In this document: piece by piece, positions 60,797 to 64,000 of the stretch
Layout of the letters: each line of letters begins with the position of its first letter
Numbering within the stretch: position 1 is the first letter of the stretch
Source of the DNA: Pelomyxa schiedti
Taxonomy: Eukaryota > Protista > Evosea
Direction: 5' to 3'
NCBI GenBank assembly: GCA_020536535.1
Contig: JAHLWZ010000127.1
Coordinates: 3,841 to 67,840 of the forward strand
DNA length: 64,000 nt
Program-made: the position numbers and the translations under genes
Notes under the pieces: generated by a model
Database searches by the model: none
Seen by the model: the letters and a program-made list of their open reading frames with translations, nothing else
Told to the model about the DNA's origin: nothing

Positions 60797-63700
60797 GAGT
60801 TGCCTGTTGGAGTTTTCCAAAGCCTTGTTAAGCCACTTGCAAAGTGTGAATTCACCAGGGTATGGAACGTGGATCCTCTGAAACCAAGTTTCCCAATCTT
60901 TCACTTGGCGAATAGCCTTAATGGCCTGGTTTTCAGCAGAATCAGGTTATGTCAATTTTCATAAAAATAGAGGGTGTCTACTTTCTGTAGTTGGTCCTTC
61001 ATTCCGTAGGTAGGTCTGCCATATCTTATGTCGAGTAATTGTCTTACTTGAGTGAGGGATACTCCGTCTGGGCGACCAATATGCTAAAGAAAGAGCTGAG
61101 TGAGCTGGGAAGTAGACATCGGTACGGACCTTGAGGAAGTACACGTGGAACATGGCAAGGTGGTTTGAAACTGTGGTGGCTTCAAAAACTTTGTCAAGAC
61201 GCTCCTTTCGAGCAGCAGCATCAGCCAGATTTGTGGGATAAACGAACTGCGGGAATTTTTTAAGGGTCCATAGGACGTTTCTGTCGAACATCTCATGGAG
61301 ATAAGGAACTGCAACATCCTTCCAACTGTGAAGAGCTCAGTAATGAAAGGAATTAGGAGGCGTGAATGACCTGTATGTTTCTGTGACCGTGAGGAGTGGC
61401 AACCACTCTCCTAAAGCAGGGACTTCACGCTTATTTCGAGTTTTCTCATCGTTGATAAATGTTGCTATGATTGAATCTACTTTTGCTCGTAGTTCCGGGA
61501 ATATCTAGGGCAAAAGGTGAGTCATAAAAAAGGGAAGCGGAGTGGATACATCAAGGAACATCAGGAATAAATGGTGGAATGCACAGTAACCCTCAATGGC
61601 CATGATACTGGCATGCAGCTTACCAGTCATTACTTGTACAACGAGGGAGTTCATGATCTTAGGAATGACCTCACACACCATCCATGGCTCAAAAGACCCA
61701 TAACATTCAGCACATATCTAAAAGTGTAACTTAGTTCGTTTTTTTTTTTAGTACGCTTTGCAGGGCATACTTTCCCCATTGCTTCCTTGGCAAGAGGTAT
61801 GGCTTGAATTGCATGTTTCCTACGATAGGTGAAAAACACCGAAAACTTGGACTTAACACTACTTGTTGATATAAAGTGGCAGCCAGTGAGTAAAAGGCTC
61901 GCGATATGCAGCCATCCTAACTTTTTCGAGCATGAAAGCCTCGTAGCTTTTTTTTTGTTGGGAAAAAGGAAAAGAAACTGGAACACTTACGAAAGTAAAT
62001 CGAAAGTGGTGGTAATGTAAGCAAGCTTCCCGTTGAGCTTTGGAAATGTCAAAAAGAATAATTGGTGAGAATAGGATCTACCTTATTTTCCAAGTTCAAC
62101 CCCACTCCAAGTGTATCATCCATGAAGGACCTCTTAGAGTGGAAGCAAACAAGTTCGTTGCGCTCCCAGACGTAACTCACACCATCTGCTGCCAGTTTAT
62201 GGAAAAATTTGCAGGTCAAACCGAGTCGAGTGATGTCAATAGGAGACAGATAATTGAATATTTTGTATCTTGGATGGGGTGACTTTTTGGAAGGGAGAGG
62301 AAAAACCGCACATAGAGTCTACAGACAGAAGTGACATCGGGTTACCCTCCAAACTACTCATAAGGTCCTCATTAAGAGTTGTCTTCTTTGTTGCCACTCG
62401 TACTGTTGCTGCATTTTTGGGCTTGCACATCAAGTCGATCTTGCAATCTGCAGGATCCACACTTAGCACTTGAACCGGGAGCAACATTCCTGGCTTGAAG
62501 AAATCTCTTCCATCAATAACAACCATCCCACGTATTTGCCCACACTTCAGTTGTGCAGTGACCGGCCCCAAGCTGGTCTTGGTGACAACAATTTTGCCTG
62601 GTGCGGGGGCCTGTATCAAACTGGGGAAGGCAGCAGTTGGAATAACTGTTGAGAGAGGTGTAGGAACGAGTGAGGCAGTTGGTATGATTGTCGGGGCTTT
62701 GGGAGGTTCAATTTTGGCGGGAGTGGGTTGAGAAGGTTGATTTCCAGGTTTCCTTTTTGCCTTGCCAAGTGACGGGAACTCACCCACAAGGTCAACAACA
62801 GGTGATGTGTCCAAGGCTGCCTTGGGCTTAATCAAATGTTGTTGCAGCCCACGTGACGCTGCAGGTGGAGTACCTTGTGGCAACTTGGATGCTTGCGGAG
62901 CTGGTTCTGAAGGTCCCCAGGCAATGGGGATATCACCAACAACCTTGATATCCAAAGTGGCACCAAACTCAGTGACCTATTGTTTTAAGTTACTCGAGGG
63001 AAAATCAATTCGTAGAGGGGATTTGGTACCTTCTTGATATAACCAAGCAATTCCATTCCAGGTTCAATTTCTTTTATGTGTCGAGTATGCTGAGACATAA
63101 AGATTTCCTGGAAAGGGTCTACTGAAGTAGTCAGGTACAATCTCCTGGAAGCAAGATTCACCGAGTCAACATACACCACAATAGAACCATGTGCTGTCAT
63201 GAAACGCTCCCTTGTTAAGAGTCAGATTAAAATCATGCAAATCTGAGCTTACCAGTCCTGCGGTGAAAGCAGTCGGGAGGGAATCAAGCCATCACGCTCA
63301 GTGCCGATATCTACAAACACGCCCATATCTGGCCTTATATTCACTACCCTACCATTCAACTTCATCCCAGGCTTTAAATCTTCCAGCCGTACAGTTTGGG
63401 GCAGGGGAACAGCACTTGGTACCAAAGGTTGGGTCAAAAGTGCAGTAGACGAAACAGGTGCAGTTGTTGCTGGGGCTTTGCTTTTGGCCGACTTGGTCGC
63501 CTTTGTCGTTGGTAAACTGGAAGCAGGAGGTGTGGCAATGGATGCTTTGGGTTTTTTAGATTTTGTTGTCTTTGTGGATGTGGGACTGGCGGTGGCTGGG
63601 GGCACTGCACTGGATGGTGCTTTAGGTGGTACCACCGAAGCAGACGCCAAGGGGGTAGATTTTGAAGTAGTTTCTGCATGATGCGGCAAGGTGGTATACT

Positions 63701-64000
63701 TGAAAGGGGGAAAAATCTTAAAAGTATGTGTAAGAAAATGGTATACTGGATATGGGAAAAACCTTCCCGGGGTGTCCTTCATGGCCACAAGCAATGCATT
63801 TGTAGTTCGTCGCCAGTTTTCGTGTAGCTTCCACTATTCTTGGTTCTGTTTCTATGCCAGCGAAAAGAAAAGCTTGCAATTGAATCAAAATAGTTGTCAG
63901 TGAATACTGACACGGGTGAATTGCAAATAACAAAGAAAAGAGCATACTCCTGAACTCCACCCTGTGAAAGTAGCATCTCCCATCAAGGCATCCCAACCAC
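58326..64000 (-). CDS. Multidomain vWA - zinc finger - ubiquitin-conjugating (E2) - 3x S1 RNA-binding - conserved helical domain protein; exon order scrambled by assembly, 5' end outside window
   Basis: vWA: GGDAPENYE..LSW..KALVMIGDCEPH (60490-60690). UBC: KRLMRDIKEL..DIFVWHCN..GPP.TPY..HPNVFGCWVCLDML (58850-59300), continuing GWSSGYSLTTILIQLQAFL at 63780-64000. S1 domains: LKPGMKLNGRVVNI..GVFVDIG..DGLI. C-terminal domain: FTHWLPLYIN, AIEGYCAFHHL, VPALGEWL, DRNVLW. Confidence 0.72.
58625..58724. other. Assembly gap (100 N) adjacent to a poly-G run
   Basis: 100 consecutive N, preceded by G run 58593-58624. Confidence 0.99.
58725..58845 (+). repeat. Exact 121-bp direct repeat, copy 1 (copy 2 at 63880-64000, running off the window end)
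   Basis: TTGAATCAAAATAGTTG...GGCATCCCAACCAC is identical at both positions. Confidence 0.97.
60738..60795 (+). repeat. Poly-G homopolymer (intronic poly-C on the coding strand)
   Basis: About 58 consecutive G; the flanks look like intron sequence on the minus strand. Confidence 0.95.
63880..64000 (+). repeat. Exact 121-bp direct repeat, copy 2 of 58725-58845
   Basis: Identical sequence encoding the UBC C-terminal segment. Confidence 0.97.

Noticed and set aside
60601-60964. Poly-Pro/poly-Gly ORFs from the G runs (also 58326-58841)
   Set aside because: The homopolymers lie within introns or next to the assembly gap, so these are translation artefacts.

Overview
Gene-dense, intron-rich eukaryotic genomic DNA. 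Introns are very short (mostly ~43-60 nt) with degenerate GT donors and occasional GC donors, and about 18 spliced genes are packed head-to-head or tail-to-tail. The gene content (myosin I, an LRR-gelsolin-villin protein, CFAP43, a glycyl radical enzyme, a bacterial-type sulfotransferase, a GH5 mannanase) suggests an anaerobic flagellated amoebozoan such as an archamoeba, Pelomyxa-like; this is inference. The highlight is 21319-26079 (-). It encodes an intron-riddled glycyl radical enzyme of the 4-hydroxyphenylacetate-decarboxylase (HPAD) clade, spliced in frame to its own short-form radical-SAM activase. Its substrate pocket appears remodelled, and retention of the linker intron would release a stand-alone GRE. 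Other unusual architectures are a signal peptide-dCache-Ig-TM-class I phosphodiesterase receptor, a vWA-UBC(E2)-3xS1 protein (locally mis-assembled around poly-G runs and an N gap), a myristoylated LRR-gelsolin-coiled coil-villin giant, and a divergent calcineurin A. Exon boundaries were read by eye and are approximate. No tRNA, rRNA, CRISPR or transposon was recognised.
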